DNA of 49,439 bases from assembly GCA_030595905.1 (NCBI GenBank), contig JAUVLE010000002.1:1-49439 (forward strand), written 5' to 3'. The translations under genes were made by a program, and so were the position numbers. Below the pieces are notes generated by a model. It saw only the letters and a program-made list of their open reading frames with translations. It made no database searches and was not told the DNA's origin. The DNA comes from Candidatus Cloacimonadota bacterium (lineage in GTDB: Bacteria > Cloacimonadota > Cloacimonadia > Cloacimonadales > TCS61). Positions 1 to 7,786 of this stretch are shown here, piece after piece (position 1 is the stretch's first letter; each line of letters opens with the position of its first letter).

Positions 1-236
1 CCCTGAACGATTCCGTTAATCTTTATTCTCAACATCAGTTTTTTCCTTATTTTTCGAGTTGCATCTTTCCTTTTTTTATGGCTTAAAAGTCAAGTGAAAT
101 TGATAAAAAAAAATTCTTTAATCAAAATTAAATTTTTACAGTAGAAATGAATTTTAATTTTAGTATGATAAACTTTTTTGCTTGACACTATAACATAATA
201 TTTAATGAAAGTTCGGAAACTAAGGAGGAAAATCAT

Positions 237-596
237 ATGGGAAAAGTTGCACTTACATTAAACGGTTCTGAACCAAAAAACATTTATCCAGCTATGACGA
301 TCGCAGTATCTGCATTAGCCTGTGGAGATGAAGTCTTTATATTTGTTCTGCCCAGCGGATTACCGGTTTTTGTAGATGGAAAGATCGCAGAGCTTAACAA
401 AGCTGCACCGGCATTACCTGATCTTGAAGAGTTGTTTGAAGGCTATCAGGCACTTGGCGGACGCATTCTTGTCTGTGAATTGGGATTTGAGGTTCATGGT
501 TTAAAAGAAGAGGATCTGATAGAAGGCTGCGAAATAGTTGGAGCTACCACGTTTGTTGTCGAAGCTCAAGGTGCTCAATTAACATTATCATTTTAA
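237..596 (+). CDS. DsrE/DsrF-like (DsrE2-type) sulfur-relay family protein
   Basis: 119-aa ORF with AGGAGG upstream. Small Cys-containing alpha/beta protein (LACGDEV, VCELGFEV) resembling DsrE-family proteins. Directly followed by a tusA-like gene. Confidence 0.6.
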   Translation: MGKVALTLNGSEPKNIYPAMTIAVSALACGDEVFIFVLPSGLPVFVDGKIAELNKAAPALPDLEELFEGYQALGGRILVCELGFEVHGLKEEDLIEGCEIVGATTFVVEAQGAQLTLSF

Positions 597-617
597 AAAT
601 AAAAATAGGAGGAAATT

Positions 618-842
618 ATGGCTGTAAAAGAATTAGATTGCTTGGGAATGAAATGCCCGCAACCCATTCTTAAAGTTGTGGCATTAGTACCTACAATGGA
701 AGCTGGCGATATCCTGGAAGTAAAAGCAGATTGTCCGTCATTCCCTGTAGATATTAAAGCCTGGTGCGATAGAACAGGTAAAACATTGCTTTTTTGTATG
801 GATGACGGTTCGGGATCTCATTCCGCGCAAATCCAGTTTTAA
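618..842 (+). CDS. tusA: TusA-family sulfurtransferase
   Basis: 74 aa. LDCLGMKCPQPILK is the canonical TusA/SirA Cys-Pro-x-Pro active-site motif. AGGAGG RBS. Confidence 0.85.
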   Translation: MAVKELDCLGMKCPQPILKVVALVPTMEAGDILEVKADCPSFPVDIKAWCDRTGKTLLFCMDDGSGSHSAQIQF

Positions 843-850
843 TGATATAA

Positions 851-883
851 GGAGTGTTCTCTAAATTTGAACACTCCTTTTTT
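851..883 (+). terminator. Rho-independent terminator after tusA
   Basis: Perfect 9-bp stem GGAGTGTTC/GAACACTCC with a 9-nt loop, followed by TTTTTT. Confidence 0.75.
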
Positions 884-890
884 AGTTCTT

Positions 891-1022
891 AACTTCCGAA
901 TGTTTCAGCTTGCTGAATCTTCGGAATGTTGGCTCTAACTCAACAATCGGAAGAACTGAATCTTCGAAATGTTGGAGGTATTAAAACAATCGGAAGATCA
1001 GCAAGCTGAACATTCCGATGTT
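891..1022. repeat. Approx. 130-nt imperfect palindrome built from TTCGGAATGTT-like units
   Basis: Left arm CTTCCGAATGTTTCAGCTTGCTGAATCTTCGGAATGTT (893-931) pairs with right arm CAATCGGAAGATCAGCAAGCTGAACATTCCGATG (986-1020). An inner hairpin lies at about 940-975. Confidence 0.6.
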
Positions 1023-1042
1023 TAAATAACTAATGAGGATAG

Positions 1043-1471
1043 ATGGAAAAAGAAAATTTTAAACCTCAAATAGTTGGTTTCTTATGTAATTGGTGCACTT
1101 ATGCAGCAGCAGATCAGGCAGGAGCTTCCCGCAAGGAAATTGATTCTTCTCTGAATGTTGTACGCGTTATGTGTTCCAGCAGAATTGACCACAATTTATT
1201 ATTAAATACATATTTCAGCGGAGCAGACGGAATTCTGGTTGCTGGCTGACATCCAGGAGATTGTCATTACCAGGTTGGTAATTATTACGCAAGACGAAGA
1301 TTCGCCTTATTAAAAAAAGTATTTGAAACTCTGAATATCGATCCGGAAAGGATTCAGCTTTCCTGGATCTCTGCTTCAGAAGGAAAAAGATATATAGAAG
1401 TCGTGAACGAGTTTTCCGAAAAGATCAGGAAGCTCGGTCCGAATCCAATAAAATCGGATACTCATCTTTAA
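1043..1471 (+). CDS. mvhD: MvhD/FlxD-like [2Fe-2S] protein, selenocysteine-containing (TGA 1247-1249 read as Sec)
   Basis: The frame continues past the TGA as HPGDCHYQVGNYYARRRF...WISASEGKRY...KLGPNP to TAA 1469-1471. The full 142 codons are colinear with MvhD (FLCNWC...GADG.LV.G-C-HPGDCHY). The TGA replaces the conserved Cys. Confidence 0.8.
1266..1282 (+). promoter_or_regulatory. Candidate SECIS-like hairpin
   Basis: ATTACC-AGGTT-GGTAAT starts 16 nt after the UGA. The same stem is conserved downstream of the other two mvhD UGA codons. Confidence 0.35.
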
Positions 1472-1548
1472 TTCAATATATGAAAATAAAATCCATTAAT
1501 CGAAATAGATATTTTTTTGAAAAAAACAAAATCATTTAAGGAAATCAG

Positions 1549-2841
1549 ATGGATAATCCAGAAAATGTTTTAATTATCGGTTCCGGTGTGGCTGGAATGG
1601 AAGCAAGTTTGATGCTTTCTAAAGCTGGGAAGAAAGTATATCTCGTTGAAAATCTTCCCATAATTGGCGGGAAGATAATCAAGAATGAGGAATCATTTCC
1701 CAATATGGATTGCTCTACCTGCCTTGTTGCACCGATCCAGCAGGAGATACTTCAGGATGCAAATATTGAAGTTCTGACCTTGAGCACAGTGGAAAAAGTA
1801 ACCGGTAAACAGGGAGATTTCAAAGTTACTGTCAGGAAGAAAGCACGATATGTGAATTTGGAAGCCTGTCTTGGTTGTGGAATGTGTTATCCTGTCTGTC
1901 CGGTTGTACTTAAAAATGAATGGGAAGAAAATCTGATGGATAAAAAGGCAGTTTATGTTCCCTGTTCCGGCTCACTTCCCAATGTTCCTGTGGTCGACGC
2001 TTCTGAGTGTCTTTTTCTTAATGGAAAAGATAAAAGCTGTAATAAATGCGTGGAAGCCTGTATGTTCGGTGCAATGGATTTTTCCCAGAAAGATGAGGAA
2101 CTCAAACTCGATGTTACCGGAATAATCGTTGCCACAGGTTTTGAACTGTTCAATGTGCAGGAATTAGAAAATCTTGGTTACGGGAAATATCCCGGTGTTT
2201 ATACTGCATTTGAATTTGAACGGTTATTTGCTTCAAACGGTCCTACAGAAGGAAAGCTTTTTCTTCGTGATTCCGAAAAGACTCCGGACTCTGTTGCTAT
2301 CGTTCATTGCGTTGGCAGAGATGAAGTAGGATATTGCTCTAATATCTGCTGTATGTCTTCTTCAAAACACGCCCGTTTTATTAAACATAATCTGCACGAT
2401 GCAAAAATCTATAATATTTATTCTGATATTTGCCTGACGGATAAATCATATCAAAAATTCTATGATGAAACTAAATCACACGATTCGGAATTTATTTTCC
2501 AATCTGACAGAAAGAAGATGAACATTTCCAAAAAGGATGGGAAATTAGAAGTTTCCTATTTTAATGGAAAAGAAACGAAAGAATCGATCCTGGTTGAAAT
2601 GGTGATCCTGGCAAATGCTCTGCGACCTTCCGATACGATCGAAGAATTATCAAAAACATTAGAAATAAAACGTGACTCTTTTGGATTTATAGAAATCGAA
2701 CCTTCAAAGATCGGATCTGTGGAAACTTCCAGACCCGGAATTTTTGTAGCAGGATGCGCCGAAGGTCCAAAAGATATTCAGGGTTCAGTAATACAATCGG
2801 AAGCTGCAGTAGCAGAAATATTATCGATGCTTGATCGGTAA
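1549..2841 (+). CDS. hdrA: HdrA-like FAD/Fe-S oxidoreductase, first-module half
   Basis: GSGVAGMEASL dinucleotide motif, FPNMDCSTCLVAP, CLGCGMCYPVCP 4Fe-4S motif, C-terminal GIFVAGCAEGPKDIQ. Colinear with residues 1-430 of the long HdrA at 8231. Confidence 0.8.
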   Translation: MDNPENVLIIGSGVAGMEASLMLSKAGKKVYLVENLPIIGGKIIKNEESFPNMDCSTCLVAPIQQEILQDANIEVLTLSTVEKVTGKQGDFKVTVRKKARYVNLEACLGCGMCYPVCPVVLKNEWEENLMDKKAVYVPCSGSLPNVPVVDASECLFLNGKDKSCNKCVEACMFGAMDFSQKDEELKLDVTGIIVATGFELFNVQELENLGYGKYPGVYTAFEFERLFASNGPTEGKLFLRDSEKTPDSVAIVHCVGRDEVGYCSNICCMSSSKHARFIKHNLHDAKIYNIYSDICLTDKSYQKFYDETKSHDSEFIFQSDRKKMNISKKDGKLEVSYFNGKETKESILVEMVILANALRPSDTIEELSKTLEIKRDSFGFIEIEPSKIGSVETSRPGIFVAGCAEGPKDIQGSVIQSEAAVAEILSMLDR

Positions 2842-2931
2842 GCTGAGGGAAAAAAGATGAGTGAAATTGAATATCCCCGGAACAGTCGCAAGCTCCCTAC
2901 GGGGCAGGCAATATCGAACAAGGAATAATGA

Positions 2932-3312
2932 ATGTCGAAGGAAAGAAAATTTGATTTGCAGGATAGATTAATAGATTATGCAGTAAGGATTATTAAACTA
3001 TCTGAAGCTCTGCCGAATACAAAAACAGGTAATCACATACGATCTCAAATTTTAAAAAGCGAAACTTCTCCTGCTCCAAATTATGGAGAAGCCCAAAGTG
3101 CAGAATCAAAAGCAGATTTTATTCATAAGATGAAAATTGCGTTGAAAGAACTTCGGGAAACTGATGTTTGGTTAAAGATAATTATGCGAGCAAAGTTGAT
3201 TACTCCAAAAGAGAAACTTTCTCCATTAATCATTGAAACAGATGAATTAATTTCTATATTTGTAAAAAGTATTGAAACTGCTCGGAAAAATGATGAAAAT
3301 AATAAGAAATAG
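2932..3312 (+). CDS. Four-helix-bundle protein (23S rRNA intervening-sequence protein / Avd family)
   Basis: 126 aa. Family signature FDLQDRLIDYAVRII...SQILKSETSPAPNYGEAQSAESKADFIHKMKIALKELRETDVWL. Confidence 0.8.
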   Translation: MSKERKFDLQDRLIDYAVRIIKLSEALPNTKTGNHIRSQILKSETSPAPNYGEAQSAESKADFIHKMKIALKELRETDVWLKIIMRAKLITPKEKLSPLIIETDELISIFVKSIETARKNDENNKK

Positions 3313-3320
3313 ATACTTCG

Positions 3321-3570
3321 ATTCAGAAAAGAAGATGAATATCGAATATCCAACCCCAGTGTAATAAAAGAAAAAGAAGATTTCACGGGGCAGGCAAGGA
3401 ATAATGAATGATGAATGAAGGGAAGAATAACTTCGGACTTCGAGATTCCTTTTTCATCATTGGAAATTCAGAAAAGAAGATGAATATCGAACACGGAATG
3501 ATGAATGATGAAGAAAGGAAGAATAACTTCCGACTTGGAGATTCCTTGTTCATCATTGGAGATTCAGATA
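3321..3570. repeat. Two tandem ORF-less hairpin units of the cassette
   Basis: Perfect 26-nt direct repeat ATTCAGAAAAGAAGATGAATATCGAA at 3321-3346 and 3466-3491. Each unit folds via AATGATGAA/TTCATCATT arms. Confidence 0.75.
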
Positions 3571-3630
3571 GACTTGTGTATACATTGAATTTAGCCGATT
3601 AAGGAAATGTATAGAAACTAAGGAAATGAT

Positions 3631-5280
3631 ATGAGTGAAAAAATAGGAATTTATGTTTGTGAATGTGGTCCGAACATTGCTTCAAAAGTTGATATTGAAA
3701 AGATAATGGATGAAATTTCTAAACTTGAGGATTTCAAAGATAAAGAACTTGTAATAAAAAACCACAAACTTCTTTGTTCAAACGAAGGAAAAGAATTTTT
3801 GGAAAAAGAGATCAATGAGAACAAATTAACTCATCTTGTTTGTGCTGCCTGCTCACCGCGGGATCACGACACAACTTTCATAAATGTCTGCAAGAAAACG
3901 CAGTTAAATCCGTATTTATATAGGATTGTGAATATTCGTGAACATTGTGCCTGGATAATTCCCGATAAAGAGGAAGCGACCAGGAAAGCAATTCAATATA
4001 TTCACGCAGGAATGAACCGCGTTTTATACCAGGATTCGCTTTTTGAAAAGGAATTGGACAGCAATCCGGATGTCCTGGTTATCGGTGGTGGAATTGCCGG
4101 AATGGAAGCAGCACTGAATCTTGCAGGTGAAAAGAGAAAAGTTTTCCTGATAGAAAAAGAAGAAAACCTTAGTGGGAAAGCTGTATTTCTGCCGGAACAA
4201 AAGATCTCTGATGTTCAAAAAAATAAGAATATAAAAGTTTTCACAAAAACGGTTCTGGATAAACTTATCGGTTTTATGGGGAATTTTGAGGTTGTGTTGA
4301 AGAGCACCGAAAACCCGGATGAAACAACGGAATTGTTAGCCGGAGCGGTTGTAGTTGCAACCGGATACGAATTTTTCGATTCAAAGAAACTTCCTGAATT
4401 TGAATTTGAAGATAAAGATGATGTTATTAATTCTCTGGAAGCTGAAAGAATGTTTTCGGAAAATAAAAAGATAACTCTCAAAAATGGAAAAGAACCGAAA
4501 ACTGTTACTCTGGTTCATTGTGTTGGCAGGAAAGAAGTTGGATTTTGCAGTAAGATATGCTGTGATTATATGCTCAAAATTTCAAATTATCTTAAAGAGC
4601 AATCATCGAGTATCAAAATAACTCATCTCATCAAATATTTGAATCTTCCCTATAAGAACAGTCAGAATTTTTATAATAAGATAAAGGAAAAAGGTGTTGA
4701 ATTCATTCGTTATTCCGATCTTTCTGTGAATGGCACGAAGGTGGAATACACCGATATAAATGATAAAAAAGGTAAGCTTGAAAGCGATCTTGTGATTTTG
4801 GCTCCTGCAATGATAGCTTCAAAAGGTTCCCAAGAACTTGCGGAATTGCTGAATATCGATCTTCACGAAACAGGTTATTTCCAGGAGGTTCATCAGAAGA
4901 TAAACCCGGTTTCATCCACAACTGACGGGATTTTCATAATCGGTTCTGCACGCGGACCGGCAAACATTATCGATGCAATGCAGCAGGCAAAAGCAGCTAC
5001 AGGTAAGATCTTCACGCAATTGATTCCCGGGGAAAAGATCATTCCCGAAGTTATGGTCTCTGAGATCCTGGAGGCATATTGCACAGGTTGTCAGACCTGT
5101 TTGCAGGTTTGTGGATACGATGCGATTTATTTTGATGACGAACGAGGAATATCCGTTGTGAATGAAGCGGTTTGCAGAGGTTGTGGAAATTGCGTGGGAA
5201 GTTGTCCTTCCGGTTCCATCCGAACGAAACATTTTACAAATCCGCAACTTTACCAGGAAGTGAAGGAAGCGATTAGATGA
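3631..5280 (+). CDS. hdrA: HdrA-like protein, second-module half with C-terminal 2x[4Fe-4S] ferredoxin domain
   Basis: IGIYVCECGPNI...ACSPRDHD...NIREHCAW, GGGIAGMEAAL, C-terminal CTGCQTCLQVC/CRGCGNCVGSCP. Colinear with the second half of the long HdrA. Confidence 0.8.
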   Translation: MSEKIGIYVCECGPNIASKVDIEKIMDEISKLEDFKDKELVIKNHKLLCSNEGKEFLEKEINENKLTHLVCAACSPRDHDTTFINVCKKTQLNPYLYRIVNIREHCAWIIPDKEEATRKAIQYIHAGMNRVLYQDSLFEKELDSNPDVLVIGGGIAGMEAALNLAGEKRKVFLIEKEENLSGKAVFLPEQKISDVQKNKNIKVFTKTVLDKLIGFMGNFEVVLKSTENPDETTELLAGAVVVATGYEFFDSKKLPEFEFEDKDDVINSLEAERMFSENKKITLKNGKEPKTVTLVHCVGRKEVGFCSKICCDYMLKISNYLKEQSSSIKITHLIKYLNLPYKNSQNFYNKIKEKGVEFIRYSDLSVNGTKVEYTDINDKKGKLESDLVILAPAMIASKGSQELAELLNIDLHETGYFQEVHQKINPVSSTTDGIFIIGSARGPANIIDAMQQAKAATGKIFTQLIPGEKIIPEVMVSEILEAYCTGCQTCLQVCGYDAIYFDDERGISVVNEAVCRGCGNCVGSCPSGSIRTKHFTNPQLYQEVKEAIR

Positions 5281-5306
5281 AATTCCAAATTACAAAGTTT
5301 TTATTT

Positions 5307-5375
5307 CACCACCGAGAACACCGAGTAACACCGAATAATTTAGTCTTTTTTCGGTGAATTTCAGTGTTTTCGGTG
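5307..5375. repeat. Solo palindromic element of the CACCGAGAACACCGA family
   Basis: CACCACCGAGAACACCGAGTAACACCGAA pairs with TTCGGTGAATTTCAGTGTTTTCGGTG. Related arms at 16431-16457 and 16596-16616. Confidence 0.7.
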
Positions 5376-5432
5376 TTTAATTAATTTACGAAGTTATGTT
5401 CTTATTTGTGATTTTAAATAAGGGGAGAATTA

Positions 5433-6584
5433 ATGACGAAAGTTTCTAATAAAGGAACAAAACTGACATCAGAGAAAGTTCGCAAAGAAATACAGCAGTT
5501 TTTCAAGGATGCGATGGAATCGAAACTTATCGATGCTGTGATGATGCCGATGCAGGTTCCTTCCAAAGATTCTTATGCCTGGATTTTGATAAAAGATATA
5601 GCTCTTTTGGAAGATATGAATCCGATAGCTCCGATTATGCCAATCAATGCTGCCAATGCTCTGAAAAGATACACCCGAAAAGGTAAAGGAAAATTTAAGA
5701 TCGCAGTCCTGATGAGACCTTGTGAAATTCGAGCAACTATCGAACTTACAAAATTGAAACAGGTAGAACCGGAAGATGTGATTTTATTCAGTTATGATTG
5801 TATCGGTGCGCTTCCGATGCAGGATTATATTGCAGATCCGGAAAATAATGAAAAGAAATTCGATAAGATTTTTGCAGAAAATAATTGGAATTCCGAAGAT
5901 TTGAAACCTGTCTGCAATATCTGTGATAAATTTTCTTTATCTGCCGGCGATGTGCATTTTGGTTTGAAAGATGATGAAATAATAATTTTTTCCAATAGCG
6001 AAAAAGGTGAAAAACTGCTTTCTGAAAATAAAATCGAAGATAAAAAAGATGATAAAATCTGGGCAGAAAAAATCGATATTATAAAAAAAGAGAAAACAAA
6101 AAACAGGCAAAACTCATTCAAAGAAATAAAAAAAATGACGGATGGTTTCACGAATCTGCAGGATACTTTTGCACACTGCATCGGATGTCATAATTGCGGA
6201 ACTGTTTGTCCGATCTGTTACTGCCGCCAATGCTATTTTGATTCGTCCGTTTCAAAACCGAATTCCGATATTAAGTTGATCCGTGCAGAAAATAAAGGAG
6301 CGCTGGCATTTCCGCTCGATCGTTTGATGTTCCATATCGGCAGAATGTCTCATATGAGTCTTTCCTGCGTTTCCTGTGGATTATGTTCGGATGCCTGTCC
6401 TGTGGATATTCCCGTAGCGAATATTTTCAGTTATATGGCAAGTGAAACTCAAAAAACTTTTGAATATTCTGCAGGAGAAAGTGTTGGTGATGCACTTCCA
6501 ATGCGAGATTACAAACTTGATGAACTGGGAGAGCTTGGAAAATTAGTGAAAAGTGCTGAAGCCGGGGAGAGCAAAAATGAGTAA
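5433..6584 (+). CDS. FlxC/HydB(AsrA)-like iron-sulfur protein
   Basis: CIGCHNCGTVCPICYC and CVSCGLCSDACPVDIP cluster motifs. N-terminal RPCEIRA segment as in sulfhydrogenase-beta/FlxBC-type proteins. Confidence 0.6.
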   Translation: MTKVSNKGTKLTSEKVRKEIQQFFKDAMESKLIDAVMMPMQVPSKDSYAWILIKDIALLEDMNPIAPIMPINAANALKRYTRKGKGKFKIAVLMRPCEIRATIELTKLKQVEPEDVILFSYDCIGALPMQDYIADPENNEKKFDKIFAENNWNSEDLKPVCNICDKFSLSAGDVHFGLKDDEIIIFSNSEKGEKLLSENKIEDKKDDKIWAEKIDIIKKEKTKNRQNSFKEIKKMTDGFTNLQDTFAHCIGCHNCGTVCPICYCRQCYFDSSVSKPNSDIKLIRAENKGALAFPLDRLMFHIGRMSHMSLSCVSCGLCSDACPVDIPVANIFSYMASETQKTFEYSAGESVGDALPMRDYKLDELGELGKLVKSAEAGESKNE

Positions 6585-7671
6585 ACTTCTTACAATTAAT
6601 AAAAATCCCGAAATTGCAATAAAAGAATTTTTAACATTTCTCCTGGAAAATGAAAAGGTCAGCGGAGTTTTCTCATTAAGAAAAGTGAATGAAAACGGTG
6701 CTGTTGATTATGGTTTGATAACCGATAAATCCCATCTCGATGAAATTGTTCCGCTTCATCCATTAATGCCGATTAATGCCGGACAAGTGCTTTCCCGTTT
6801 CACTCCAATCGAGAAACCAATTGCAGCAGTGATCAAACCTTGTGAATTTCGTGCTTTTATCGAACTTGTAAAAAGAGAACAGGGAACTCTGGATAATTTC
6901 TTGCTGATAACTTTTAGCTGCAGCGGTGTGTTTCCGTTAAAAGAAAACGTTAATGGTTCTATTAATGACCAGCTTACCGGATATTGGAAAGCAACTGAAA
7001 AAGCGGAAATTCCGTCAGGAATCCGTCCAACCTGCCGCATTTGTGAACATTTTGCTCCGACTAATTCAGATATTCTTATCTCTCTTATCGGGGAAGAAAC
7101 AGGTAAATGCAAAATGTATCTGAATACAGAAAAAGCAGAGAAATTCGCAGATGGTTTTGAAGGGAAAATTTCATCCGGAGAATTTAAAACTTCCAAACTC
7201 GATTCGTTGAAGGAAAAGCGTATCAAAGAAAAGGAAGAAGTATTTTCCAAAATAAATACCGAAGAAAGCGGACTCGATGGTCTGATCGATGTTTTCGGAC
7301 GATGCGTCGGCTGTCACGGATGCAATACTGTTTGCCCGATCTGCTATTGCACACTTTGCGATTTTGAATCTGCAAATTTTGATTATAATGTTCCGATTTT
7401 AGAACGGGAATTAATAGAGAAAGGTGCTCTGAGATTACCTCCTGATACAATTTTCTTTCATATCGGCAGACTTTCTCATATGAGTTTTTCCTGCGTTGGA
7501 TGTGGTCAGTGTTCCGATGTTTGTCCGGCAAATATTCCGGTTGCATCGGTATTTAAAAAATCAGGTGAAAGAGTTGCCGGGATTTTCGATTACATTCCCG
7601 GAAGAAATGTTGAAGAAGAGATTCCTGTGATGATCTATAAAGAAGAAGAATTTCAGGAACTGGGAGAATGA
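6577..7671 (+). CDS. FlxC/HydB(AsrA)-like iron-sulfur protein, tandem paralog
   Basis: Same architecture (KPCEFRA, CVGCHGCNTVCPICYC, CVGCGQCSDVCPANIP). ATG 6577 overlaps the upstream stop (ATGAGTAA) and is preferred over the GTG at 6553. Confidence 0.6.
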   Translation: MSKLLTINKNPEIAIKEFLTFLLENEKVSGVFSLRKVNENGAVDYGLITDKSHLDEIVPLHPLMPINAGQVLSRFTPIEKPIAAVIKPCEFRAFIELVKREQGTLDNFLLITFSCSGVFPLKENVNGSINDQLTGYWKATEKAEIPSGIRPTCRICEHFAPTNSDILISLIGEETGKCKMYLNTEKAEKFADGFEGKISSGEFKTSKLDSLKEKRIKEKEEVFSKINTEESGLDGLIDVFGRCVGCHGCNTVCPICYCTLCDFESANFDYNVPILERELIEKGALRLPPDTIFFHIGRLSHMSFSCVGCGQCSDVCPANIPVASVFKKSGERVAGIFDYIPGRNVEEEIPVMIYKEEEFQELGE

Positions 7672-7770
7672 GATGATGAAAATTGAATATTTAATATTGA
7701 ATATTGAAAATTTAGCTCCGTGTTCTCTTTGGTAATATTTTTCGTGTAAATTCGTGTAAATTCGTGGTTT
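7672..7770. repeat. Intergenic repeat: AATTGAATAT-type left end plus tandem TTCGTGTAAA units
   Basis: AAATTGAATATTTAATATTGAATATTGAAAAT, then TTCGTGTAAA TTCGTGTAAA TTCGTGGTTT at 7741-7770. Confidence 0.6.
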
Positions 7771-7786
7771 CAGAAAAAGGATAATT

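Larger units (their letters stand above)
2867..3630 (+). mobile_element. IVS-like palindromic cassette carrying a four-helix-bundle gene, inserted between the two hdrA halves
   Basis: 764 bp bracketed by identical 10-mers ATGAGTGAAA (2857-2866 and 3631-3640). Contains repeat blocks also found at 16459-16541 and 22398-22698. Confidence 0.5.

Noticed and set aside
1-35. Possible divergent gene start on the - strand (CAT at 33-35; the reverse strand reads ATG TTG AGA ATA AAG ATT AAC GGA..., MLRIKINGIVQ, with an AAGGAAAAAA upstream)
   Set aside because: Only 11 codons are inside the window. They are suggestive of a ThiS/ferredoxin-like beta-grasp start, but that is far too little to support a call.
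182-211. TTGACA hexamers at 182-187 and 31168-31173 considered as sigma-70 -35 boxes. Both are followed by TTTAA(T/C)(T)GAAAG.
   Set aside because: No acceptable -10 hexamer lies at 16-18 nt spacing in either case. The distance from TTGACA to the shared downstream motif differs (13 versus 6 nt). This is too weak to call promoters without transcript data.
2932-3312. Four-helix-bundle protein as the Avd component of a diversity-generating retroelement
   Set aside because: No reverse transcriptase ORF and no template/variable repeat pair with adenine-specific differences exist anywhere in the window.
3321-3570. Repeated hairpins considered as a CRISPR array
   Set aside because: There are only two units. 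The repeats are long and internally palindromic, with no unique spacers of regular length, and no cas genes are present.
3408-3602. 64-aa ORF (MMNEGKNNFGLRDSFFIIGNS...)
   Set aside because: It is a read-through of two tandem palindromic repeat units. The peptide is internally repeated, has no RBS and lies wholly inside the repeat cassette.
7676-7690. ATGAAAATTGAAT after the 7671 stop considered as another duplicated start of the downstream gene (ATGAAAAAAGAAT at 7787)
   Set aside because: Only 7 contiguous matching bases, and most of the match is part of the recurrent AATTGAATAT repeat end, so it could be coincidence.
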